Positions 1 through 12,000 of a stretch of DNA of 64,000 nt are shown piece by piece; position 1 is the first letter of the stretch; every line of letters starts with the position of its first letter. The DNA is taken from contig JAQUOD010000002.1 of the NCBI GenBank assembly GCA_028717245.1, positions 204,772 to 268,771 of the forward strand, in the 5' to 3' direction. The stretch is from Candidatus Omnitrophota bacterium (GTDB lineage: Bacteria > Omnitrophota > Gorgyraeia > Gygaellales > Profunditerraquicolaceae). The notes below the pieces were generated by a model. The model saw only the letters and a program-made list of their open reading frames with translations, did not search any database and had not been told where the DNA came from. A program made the translations under genes and the position numbers.

Positions 1-55
1 GCTTAAATTAAACAACTTATATTTTACGGCTGAAAATGAAATAATTTCAGAAGAG

Positions 56-3000
56 ATGAAGCGTTGTGAGGCTGCTATCATGAAATTAATCATGGAACAG
101 AACGGGACTCTTTCTGATTGGGAGGTTTTTTATTATTACGGTTGGTATATGCGGATAAGGAAGAAGTCAGCAGCGGCGAGCAGATTTAGCGGTTCATCTT
201 TAAGAGGTCTCCCAAATATTGTTTTGGCGCTCGGCACAGGATTTATCGCCGCAATGCTTTTAAGAGCAAATGGCCATTCCGGTATTAATTGGTTGAATAT
301 TAGCGCTGGTTTACTATTAGCCGGATTGCCCGTTTATATCATGATAAGAGGTCTTAGAAAAATTTCCATTAACGATTTATCCCAATCCCTAAAAAAACTT
401 ACCCGCGATGATATAATAGGATTTATAATCTTGGTTGGTTACCTTATTGTATATGCTGCCATTGTTTACGCGGCATTTTGGCTTATGCAACTGACGGCTG
501 CTCCTTCTTTAGCCCCGCACTCAATGTTGCCCAATATGCCGTTTGGCCAGGCCTTACCCTTCACTATTTCAGATTTAACTGGTTTCTTCATTAGCGCCGC
601 TTTTTTGGTTGGGATGGCACGGGGTTCGATAGGCGGCGCAGGCCAGCGTAATATTATAAGGGAAAGTGGCAATGCCAAAAAGATAATGCCCGAAGACGAA
701 ATAAGGGCCTCTGTGACGAATTTATATGTATGGTTTGACATTCTTAAAGGAACGGATCCTAAGATATCAGCGGCTTTAAGTAAGATTTATTCTGCTTATC
801 AAGAATTAGATTTTAGTCAGAATAATCGGGCTAAATTAAATGAGTTAACAGAAGCAAAAGCGAGGCTTAAGGAAGGATTAGAGCAGCTCCGAGGGATTCT
901 TCTGGGGAGAGAAAATGAGCTTACAGGAGTTATGGCTAAACTACTGGAGAAACAGCGGGTAGCAAGTAAAGACGCACCAACAAGAATAGGAGAAATGAAG
1001 AGGGAGATTAAAGCAGCGCTTGCAAAACTGGAGAGCAAAAGCACTAATGCGCTTAGCCTCAATCCCTATGCATTTTCACTTATATTTTCCATTCTTGCGC
1101 CTTTTATGCCGGTTTTAGGCCCGCTTGTTAGCATTGCCGTGAACCAGATGTACTCTCTGCCGGCTTGTATATTTGTGATTGAGGCAATATTGAATAAAAC
1201 TCAAGCCAAACGCAAGCCCAAAGAAGATATGGTTAAAGAAACAGAAGATGAAAAATCCGAAAGGCTCAGGCAGGCAAAAATATATTATAAAGAAGGGCTT
1301 TATTATGCTCAGGCAGGGCTTACTGATTTCGAAAAGGGAAATGTAAAAGCAGCAAGGAGAAACTGGTTTACGGCGATACGAAACTTTAAGGAGGCAACTG
1401 ACTCAAGCTGGGAATATACCGAAGCTTATTATAATTGGGCATTAGTTTATTACAGATACTATAATACGTTTGTTAAGCAGCCATCGCCACGGGGGGTCTT
1501 CGCTAAAATTGCAGCAGCAATAAGAGGAGACGAAGAGCATAAAAAGGAAGTTTGGGAGGAATATTTATATGAGATTAAGTTTATCTTAGGATTGTTTCCA
1601 GAATTGCGGAAGAAGCTAGAGGGTAAGATTATTATACCGGATTTAGATTCAGGAGACATTTCACCGAGCCCATCTGGAGGTAATAATTCTCTAGCCCATG
1701 GTGGCGATGTTGGCAAGGCACAATTTAGCTTAGGGAGCGGTTCTGAAGCATCAGGAATAGAGTTGGTTACCGGTCGTGAACCTCGGGAGCAATATTACGG
1801 ACCAGTTCCTGACGGGGATCTATTTAGGGGCAGCACAAGAGCCAAGCATAAATTTGAGGATGGAATAACAAGAAGCAGCGGCAGAGCGCCAGGCAAGAAA
1901 ATCTATAAAAGCCAGATTATTAGAGATGCAATTAGAGATAGAATTCCTTGTTTCTTCCTGATGCTAGTGAAAAACATTGATTTTGCGGTACCGATAAAAA
2001 GGATAATCGTCCCCAGAGATATTGCGAATTTGGAATTAGAAGGGAAAACCCCTTTTGAAAAGAAAGTTATCAGGTTAAGCCATGATTTACTGAACCAACT
2101 AAAGAATCAACATAATATTGAGGTCTTGATTAAAGAAGGCGATGATTCTATTCTAGAACATGAAACTGAAGACTTTGGAATTACTTTAAACGGCGCAGAA
2201 GGAAGGTTAAGCCCGGAGAATTTTAAGGAGATCTCAAGAAAAACCGGAAGCCTTCTAGCTGGACTACATAAGGCAGGCGTAATCGCTTCGGATTCGCACC
2301 CCGCAAATTTTATCGTTAATACTGAAACGATGGAAGTAAGAAGAATAGATTTTGAGTGGGTTGACATATTTGATAAAGAGTTAGCCCGTGAGTTAACGCA
2401 AAAATATGAATTTTCCGAAGCAGAATTAAGAGGATTAGGTATCCATTCAACCAGAATACCCAGCAGTGAAATGACTAAAGAAATTCTTACTCTTATTTGG
2501 ACTGAAAAGGACAAGTCGAAAAATTTGCATAATAGTTTATTTATCTGGCCATTTGCCGGGGGGTATTTATCAGTCAAGCATGAGTTTGATGAATGGGAAG
2601 AAGACCTTGAGAGAATGCTGTATTATTTACTCTCATTTAGAGACAAGGAAGAAGGCAATTTGGGAGGCAAAGCAAATACAGAAGCCGAGCAGTATGGCAA
2701 AACAGTTCCTGAAAGTGAGCAGCCGGTAAAGGAAACAAGGCCTAATCCTGCCAGCTCAATAGAGGTGATAGAGGCAACCCCTAAATACCGCCAAGATATA
2801 ATCTCTCTCATACATAGCTCTTTCCCCGAGCTTGACAATGAAATGGAGAGGATCCTTCGGGATAATCGGGTGTTTGTGGCTTTGGTTAAAGTTAGGGAAG
2901 AATGGGAATTCGCCGGAGCGGTCCTGACCGCAATAAAGAGGGTTATCAATGAAAAAGGAGAAATTGTTCTTCCGGCTACTTATATTGATGCCTCAAAGCA

Positions 3001-6000
3001 CGAGAGTAATTTCACAGCGCAGCCCCATAGCTTTTGGTTGATTGATTTTGCTATCGCTGTTTCTCCGGAAATTAAAGTAAAAGGCATATCTGATGCTTTA
3101 ATCCAGGCTACGGATAAGTATACCGATGAGCAGGGATTAATGAGGCCAGATGCTGCCAGCCGCGCACGGGATGCAGGAAAGTTTAAAGATGCCCTTCTGC
3201 AGGAGCGGGCAAAGGCCCTTCCTGAAGCTAAAGCAAAAAACCTTTCTGGCCTTAACATAATGATACGTTACCTTATGACTACAACGCTAAACCCCAAAGG
3301 AGTGGTTAAAGATTCATTCGCAAAATATGCAGCAATGCCCAACGGTATGAGCCCGTTTTTGCTCTGGCTTAAGGAATCCAAACGCCTGGCAAGGTCAGAT
3401 GGCGTGGATGATAGCCCTTATGCCAATTTTGTTAACGTTATTTCCCCCCTCTTAGAAGAAATTGACAAACACTCCCCTAAAGACCTCGAAGGCTTCCTGA
3501 AAACTTATGATGATTTTGATTATTCCCGCCTTGCCCAGCCGGACGTGATTGAAGAATTTGGAAAACTTCTGCGTGACTTCATCAATGGTTCCTCCAGATA
3601 TGAAGACCAGATAATAGCCGGCCTGCATATGCGCCTGGGAGCCCATATCGGAAGGATAACCAAAAACAGCCTCCCCGGCCACCCCGAGACTTTAGATATG
3701 AACATCCATATGTTTTATCCAGAAAAAGTAAATGACAATATTCCACCGGCAGATAATCCGGTTTTGCCTGTACAAGGGGTGTCCCCAAATGGGACGTCCT
3801 CAGAAGCGCATGCAAGGAATATGATTCCTCCGCTTGTGTTGACTCTTTATTTTGCCAGGATGGCTGGTTTTGCTATGCCTTCTTTAGAATTATCTGCGAG
3901 CGAGATCGATCCGGTGATAGTTATACTTTTGCTTATGTTTTTATTTGTGATAAAAAAGGTAGTGGTGGAAGAGATTGATAAAAGGAGTGAAAAATTGAAT
4001 AGGGCCAGGATTGACAAGATACTCAATAGTAACGAAATAAAGGCAGATGATACAGTGGCAAAGCCCGTTATTAAAAACTATAATTATCCGGAAAGAATTA
4101 CTCCGCATAATGCTCCTATAGCAAAGGTCTTTAAAGAACCCTTGCCGCCTTCAGCCCGGTTTTATCCAAAGACAGAACCTTCATTAAGATTGATGGACTC
4201 TAAATATCAGAATATCGCAAGGGAGTTTAAAGAAGCCATTCAGAATAAACCTTTCCCAACTGAAGGTATGTTCCTTGAAATAGGCCACGGCGGGAATCTA
4301 TCTTCCCCGGGTTTTGCTATTAAATTTGGGCTTGAGCCTTGGGGCATAGATTTAGATAGGCATGCTAATGCCGATACGATAAATGATATTGTCGGACAGG
4401 CTGAAAATATCCTGCCTTTGATAAAAGATAATTCTTTTGATGTGATAGCTGTTATTGATACCTTTGGAATTATGACCAGAGAAAATAGTTTTTATAAAGC
4501 TCAACCCATAGATCCGGTATGGTTAATAATGCAAATAGCCCGGATATTGAAACCCGATGGTTATTTGGTTATCGCAGATTTTTCCGCAGATTTAGAAGAT
4601 TTGAAGTTAAAGTATGGGATGGAACTTAATAAATTAGCTGAAGGCGCAGGCCTTAAAGTTTTGAGATATCGCATTGAAGGCAGTAGGGCAATCTCTATTA
4701 TCTATAAGCCATCAGAATTATCTCCATTAGCCCCCCGCGTAGGAGCCGCTGGTTTGGAGATAGCGGAATTTAAAAAGCCGACAGAAATAGGGTTAGGTCA
4801 AAGGCCAAGTACTGCTGTTACCCTAGATGATGTTCAACTACCTTCTGTTATAGAAAAAGACCGTAAGGATGCAGCGTTAAGCAGCCGCTCAAGGATAGAA
4901 ATAGAAGAAGTGCCTATTCCTGATGCTATGGCAGAAGACGCCAGCAAGGACTCCTTTAGTTTTAAGGAATATATGGACGCTGCGTTATATAATCCTGGCT
5001 GGGGATTTTATGGCTCAGGAAGGGTGCAGTTTACGCGAGGCAAAGATTTCGAGACCTACCCTAAAATACTTTCTCCTGTATTCGGAGAGTTAGTCTGCGA
5101 ACAGGCTTTTAAGATGTGGAAAGGCATGCTGGCTGCAAAGACTATAAGCGAGGCAGAGGAATTTACAATAGTAGAATCTGGCGCAGGCGAAGCAGATTTA
5201 TCCTATGATTTATTATCCCACGCCGAAGAGTTGGCAAAATCGGATGAGCTTTGGAATATTTTCTACCGGCAGCTCGTATATATTAGTTTAGAGCGTTCGC
5301 CGAAATTAGTAAAAAGGCAGAAAGAGAAAAACGCAAAATTCAGTCCGAAATTTCGGGTTATAGAAGGGGATGCCCGCGATGTAGCTAAGCTTATCAAAAA
5401 ACCTATTAAAGGATTAATCCTTTCTAATGAACTGATGGATAATTTCGCTGTTTATAAGGTTAGATTTGAACCAGACGGCGCAACAAAGACTCCCTTAGCC
5501 ATTCCTTTAATCAGCGTTGAGCTCGCCAAGGAATTAAGCAAAAGAGGCATAATCCGAGAATTGGATTTAGCAATGAGAAACGAACAATTGAAGAAGGATT
5601 TTTATCTCCCTAACAAGAAAGGGAAACTTTATATATCTAAAAGCGATTTCTTAAAGATTAAGGCAGAATTAAGCAAGCAAGAATATAGACAGTTGGAAGA
5701 TAGCTTTGATACCCAGATAGATTTTGTTGAGGCGTATTTGGATATTAAATACTTCCCTGAATTATTCGATTATGTCCATAAGAACAGAAGGGAGCTATCT
5801 TTTGCTATAGCCAAGGAAGCAAAAGCAGTTACTGCTTATCTTAGCCCGGATGCGGTTAGGTTTATTCAGTCCGCAGCAGGAATTTTAGATAAAGGTTATA
5901 TCCTGACTATAGATTACGGAGCAAGTACGCAGGGACTCTTGAATCCAGAATACATAAAGCATCCGATAATGATGTATGGCCCTGTATCTGTACGCGATAT

Positions 6001-9000
6001 CTTCGATGCCAATCCTTATCATTTACCGGGAAAATGCGATATTACCGTAGGTGTAGATTTTACCTCTTTGGTAGAAACCGGCGAAAATGCGGGATTGAAA
6101 TTAAAATTCTATGGTGTTCAGGGGAATCTTGAGTCAGGGATAACCAATTTGTCTCATGATGAGGAATCGAAGAGCAGGATAGTAGCCCGCCGCCTTAAAA
6201 GAGAGTACCCTCAGGCGAAGGCTCCTGAAGGTTTGCAAGAGGGAATAAGAGGCCAGGTCGAAGATGACATAAGGAGTTTTAAAAAAGATTTTCTTGGTGG
6301 CAATAGCGTTAAAATGCTAATACAGCAGAAAGAAGGCACTGATGAACAGTATGAATACAAGATACCTTCCGTAGTATCTCTTGAAGAAATGAGTTTATTC
6401 GCCAGGAGAAAAATCCCGGCCAAGCAAAGGCCTTTATTCCTTGAGCCGCGGATTAACGCCGCGATATTTATCGATGATTTTTGTAATTTAGGTTTACCAG
6501 AAAAAATAGACGCAGACGTTTTAGTTAAAGCTATCCGCGCATCCGGCATATTGCTGATGCCAGATAATAAAGACAATAAAAAATTTATTAAGAAAGAACG
6601 CTTTGAACCTTACGAGTTTGCTTCAAATTCCTATCCAGCTTATCACTGGTTAGTTTTTGGAGGGCAATTGGAAGCTTGCATTGCAAATCAGGCGAGAGAG
6701 ATTATATCAGGGGTTAGCGAATGCCCTGCTAACACTAAAATGTGGATTACATTACCATTGAATGCCATCGGATGTTTTTCTGGTAGAGACGAAAGAAAGT
6801 ATGGTTTACCGAGATATTTAGCAAAGTACCTTGTAAAGGAATATAGTTCATTTGCCGAAGGCTTACGGCCAATAAAGGAACCTTATACGCAAATTGATAC
6901 TAAAGACGTAGAAATTAATTTCGGGGATTGGGCAATAGTAGAATTTGATCCATACTCTAATGCGTCGATTTTTCAAGAGAATATAGGGTTAACCATATTA
7001 GAGAACGGCCGAGAACTGTGTTGTATTAAACCTGATGGCCGAAGAATGGTAGTACTTAATTTTATCTCTAAAAAACCAGAAAATGTATTCAGTTTATTGC
7101 AACAGAGTAGCGCAATCAAACAAGCCGGACAAAAAGAGAGCATATCAGGAAATAACACCCTGCCGCAAGGCACGATTAACAAAAAAACCCTTAACCCTGC
7201 CTTAGGCCCCGGAACATATGATCCTCGAGATCTGGCAACTCTTCAGGGGCAAAACAGTAATTCTGGAAAAACAGGGTCAGATTCAATTTTTTCCTATATT
7301 CTCGCCCATGATTTTATGAGCCCTAATAAAGTGGGGTATATTCAGGCAATAAGAGCTATGTTACCGGTAAAGAATCAAAGGAGGAGGTGCCTTTATATTG
7401 CCTTAGGCGGAGATTATTCAACCAGCCAAATGGTATCGCAGGCCCTAGAAACTATTTGTGTGGATAGGCTTCCTTTTGAGCCTTTAATAACACTATCTAA
7501 AGAAGAGGCGGATTTATATAAAGCCGTGTATATCAAAGACAGGTATTATGCGAATTTTGCTTCTTCAGTCCAATCAGTTGAAGGCGCAGTATTAAGGCGC
7601 GTAGGCGCTAAAGAATATTTTCTTTGGGAATTGGAAATGATGGGAGCCCAAGATATAGAAATAAGTTTTGATACCGCCCTTAATGCCAATAAGATTAGTT
7701 TTATCCTCCCGGGCGAATCGATGCAAAAAAGCATAATTTATTTTAGTTTTGACGCCAGGAATATAGAAGCCTACCCTCAGGCTCTGCTCAACCTTATAAA
7801 AGAAGGATTAGATTCTTTTATTTTTAAAGCCAGCGACGGCGTGGTTTTACCTCTTCAGATCAAAGACATAATTACCAACTCCTTTGATCCGGAAGCTATG
7901 CTGTTTCTGGATAGCGAAGCTTCATTTAGCCACACTTATCTTGAAGAGATAGATGAGGCAAAAATGGGGCAAATCAGGAATTTTGAAAAAATGGGTTATG
8001 CCTTTGGATATGAAAAAGTTCGTTTATTAAGGCCTAAAAAGCCCGAAATCCCCTCCCTCCCCGCAGGTGGGATAGAGGTTGAGAAAAGAAAGACACGGCA
8101 GCATCATTCGAATGACATATATCAGGAACCGTCCCCGCTGCCGTCTCTGCTAGCTAAGAATAGAATAGAGGTTTACCTAGATGATATTGCCCCCAGATTT
8201 TTTAAATTAATGAGAGCTGAATTTTCAGATGATAACAGGCTTTGTCTTATTTCTTCCAGAATTACGGGTTTAGTCCTGGCAGATAAATTTGGGATTCCTA
8301 TAGATAACAAGAGCGCCAATAGGATGGAGGTAAGGTTATGCCCTTATTTTGATGATGGCGGGAAACGTTACCATCAGATGCTTATAATTTATCGCAATAA
8401 TAACCCATGGCTTTTTGTTTATCCTGTCCTGGGATTGTTCTATAGCGGCTTAGAAGGCAGGATAATCTGCAGGGATTATCAGAAATTAAGCGAGTACAAT
8501 TTTATGGACCAGGGAAGGACAAGCTGGGTTCTCGATGAGCAGTTACAACAAAGAATAGAAAGGGTAGCCCAAGAGATTGTAGGGGATGGAAATTTAGGCT
8601 ATGGCAGCATAGCGACAACACAGCTGGCACCTTTTGAGAAGATATCCAGGGCATTAAAAATAGAAAAACTGCTTAATGAAAACTTACGGCAGGAAGGATT
8701 AAATACTCCCATTAAACATGAAGGAACAAAGGGGCTTTTCTACGAATCGGATATTTCTGATGTGGTCAAGGCCTGTCAGGTAATAGGCCTTGAGGGTAAA
8801 AGAGGCATTGATTTAGGCGCAGGCGTTGGCCACGCAGTGTTTGCTATGGCAGTAGCCGGCCTTCGGGGAGTAGGCATAGAATGGGAAAACCATTTAATTG
8901 GTATTGGTAATGGCCTCTTAGATAACAAAGAATTGAAGAAACTCGTTGATACCAGCCGCGTTGACTTAAGGCAGGGCGATTTTATGCAGGAAGATTTAAG

Positions 9001-12000
9001 CCAATACGACATAATTTACTATTATTGGAATGGCGCAGGTTATGGCAATGAAAATAAAGCCCAGGATGCGCTTATGCAAAAGATTAAGCAAGAAATGAGG
9101 CCGGATACCCTGTTGATTATTTACAGAGGGCTTGATACGCTTTCCCTCCCGGGATTTGAAAGAAAAGATTACCCCGGAATTCCCGAGACGGTGAGAGTAT
9201 TTAGGAAAGCCGAGGATATACGCAGCGATTTAGATAGCCCTGATGCAGAAATTAGAAGCAAAGCCATAAGTACTTTGCTGCGCTCAGACGAATACACGGA
9301 TAAAGAAAAGACACTTTTATTATTAAAAAGAGTTATGCAGGACGATGATAAATCAGTACGCACAGAAGCAAGAAGGGCGCTTACTATTCTCTGGTATGTA
9401 ATTGAAGGAAGGCCGAATAATAATTTTGCTGAAGTCCTGCAAGATGTGGGGCAGGGGCTTGCAAAACCAGAACGCGAAACTTTATTAGATATTCTGGTAA
9501 ATTCATTCCTTAACCGGGAAAGCCGCTATGCGCTTAACCGCTTTTGTTTGGATACATTTATGAAAGAGAATCCTAAAGTAAAGATTAATATCGACGAACG
9601 AATTCTGGAAGCAGACAATGTTGCCCCATATCTTATAACCATTGCCGGGCAGCTTTCCGGAATAAATCAGGAGAGCCTGAATTTAGAAATTATATTTTTG
9701 GATAACGTAAATGCAATTGAGAACAGGATTATGGAATCAGAGATTACCTTGCGTAAATATGGGGAGAACGGGCCAAGGGAGATGTTGATTAATATAGCCG
9801 CATTTAAAGAAAAAGCAGGCTATTCTTCGCAGGAGAACGTTATTTTCGCCAAAAAGATTTCCGAGGTATTGAATCAGTGCATTAATAAAGATAGCTGTGA
9901 TTTCGCTCCGATTGACAATACCAAAGCGGCATTGGAGGGTTTTGTGCCTTTGGATGAAAGCTTTCTCTGGAAGATAAGCAATTTATATTGGCAGTTAATG
10001 GGGAAGGATTCTTTTAAAGACCCGTACGCAGATACTTCGTTTTTCCCTGAATTACCCACGCACTTGAGAAAGGTACCCAACGGTTTATATGTTTATCACA
10101 GTTTTGCTTCTGCCTGCGCGGATAAATTCTCTAAGTATCTTTGCGAATTAGAAAATAGAGGCGATTTACCCGGGAGGATTATTGTTCAAGAATGGGGCGT
10201 GGGGAATGCCGATTTTCCGGAAAAGTTCCTGGGCGCCCTAAAACGGCTAAGCGCAGAAAAAGTAAAACAGCAGGGAGGGACGGATTTTTACGGGAGGGTA
10301 ACTTATGTAATAGGCGATATATCCCTTAAGATGTTAGAGAATATACGGCAGGCAGAATGGTACCCCCAGCATAAAGAGAAGATAGAATTTTCCGTAATGG
10401 ATGCCGTAAACCCTCCCCAGGCTTATCGGGGCAGGACTCTATTATTGATAAATAGCTATCTCTATTGCGTATTGCCGGCAAAAGTGATTGCGAAGAAAGA
10501 GGGCCGTTTTTACGAGATGTGCGTAAGGGCGTATCTGAATAAAGACATACGTATTAAAACCCGGGAGGGAAAGGACGTTTCAGCCGAAGAATTCACAGAG
10601 ATGCTGGTAAAAAATGATATACAGGCGCTTTCAAAACTCAACCCGTCTTTCTGGTATGCGTTGAATTATGAAGAGGTATATAAAGAATTTGATCCTCGGA
10701 GTAATAGCTGGGGTGATTACATAGCATGGATAACGCAAGGTAAAGATAATTGCCGGTTCATAATTAATAATCAGGCGTTAGAGAGCTTAACAAAGTCGCT
10801 TGATTTATTAGATGAAAAAAGAGGGATGATTTGGATATTTGAATTGACTTCGCCGGATGCATTAAATAACCCCCTTGCCGGCCCGATGAGTTTTGGCCCT
10901 ACGCTGGCTACACCTGTAAATACATCCTTATTGGAATACGCAATTAATAAAAACCGCGGTTGGAAAATCTCGGTTTCTCCTTCAACTATGTTTTTGCCGG
11001 AAGATACGAAGCGCGCCCAAAAATATACCTATATTGAAGTAGAAAAGAACAAATCCCCGCATATAGATACAAAAAATACGGCCTTATGTTTCAATCCCTT
11101 CATATTTTCGCTTCTTATCCCTTCCCTTATGCCCCTTATTATATTTTTGGGCGTGGCGGTATTTCCCTCTGCTCCTTTCATACCCGCGTGGCTGCCTGTA
11201 ATCAAAACAATGGTTACTAGCGCTGTAGTAAAGATTCAAAATATAGTTAGTAAGATAAAGGATAGATTCATACAAATAAAGCCAGTCCTTTATTTAGATA
11301 TATTAATATTCTTTTTTACAATCGGCATATTTATTCCTCTCTATTTCTTCCGAGATAAGATAGGAGAATTAGGAGCCTATGGCTATTTTGTGGCGTTCTG
11401 TATCTCAATACTCACTAACCTGACGGTATTTTTCCCTGTTCCAGGCATTGTAGCAACAGGTGCTTTAGCAACTGTGTTTAACCCTTTTTGGATTGGTATC
11501 GTGGTTGGCATAGGGGCGACTATCGGACAGATTACAAGTTATGGTTTTGGTTATAGCGGTAAATCCATAATTAATGGAAATCGTATCTACCAAAAACTGA
11601 TGAATTGGATACAGGGTTTGCTAATATACAAAAAAATAAATAACTGGGTAGAGAAACGGCCAAACCTGTCTATTTTTATTAGTTACTTTTTTCCTATTCC
11701 GGGTGTATCTGATACTGTCGGAGCAATAGCCGGTAGCGCAAAGTACCCTTTTTGGAAATACTTTATCTTTTGTATGTTAGGCAATATCCCTAAACATATC
11801 TTTTATGCTTATTTTAGCGCCTGGGGATTAAATTTATTTTTCCCGGATATTTTTAAATTGGGTATCTCCGGAAATCCTTTAATCTCTTTACCTCTTCTGG
11901 CAATAGCAAACTTACCTATAATGGGATATGATGATTTTGAAGGAGAAGAAGGAGAAAACCACAGAAAGAGGCCAAAGAATAAAAAAAGAAGAGAGGAAGA

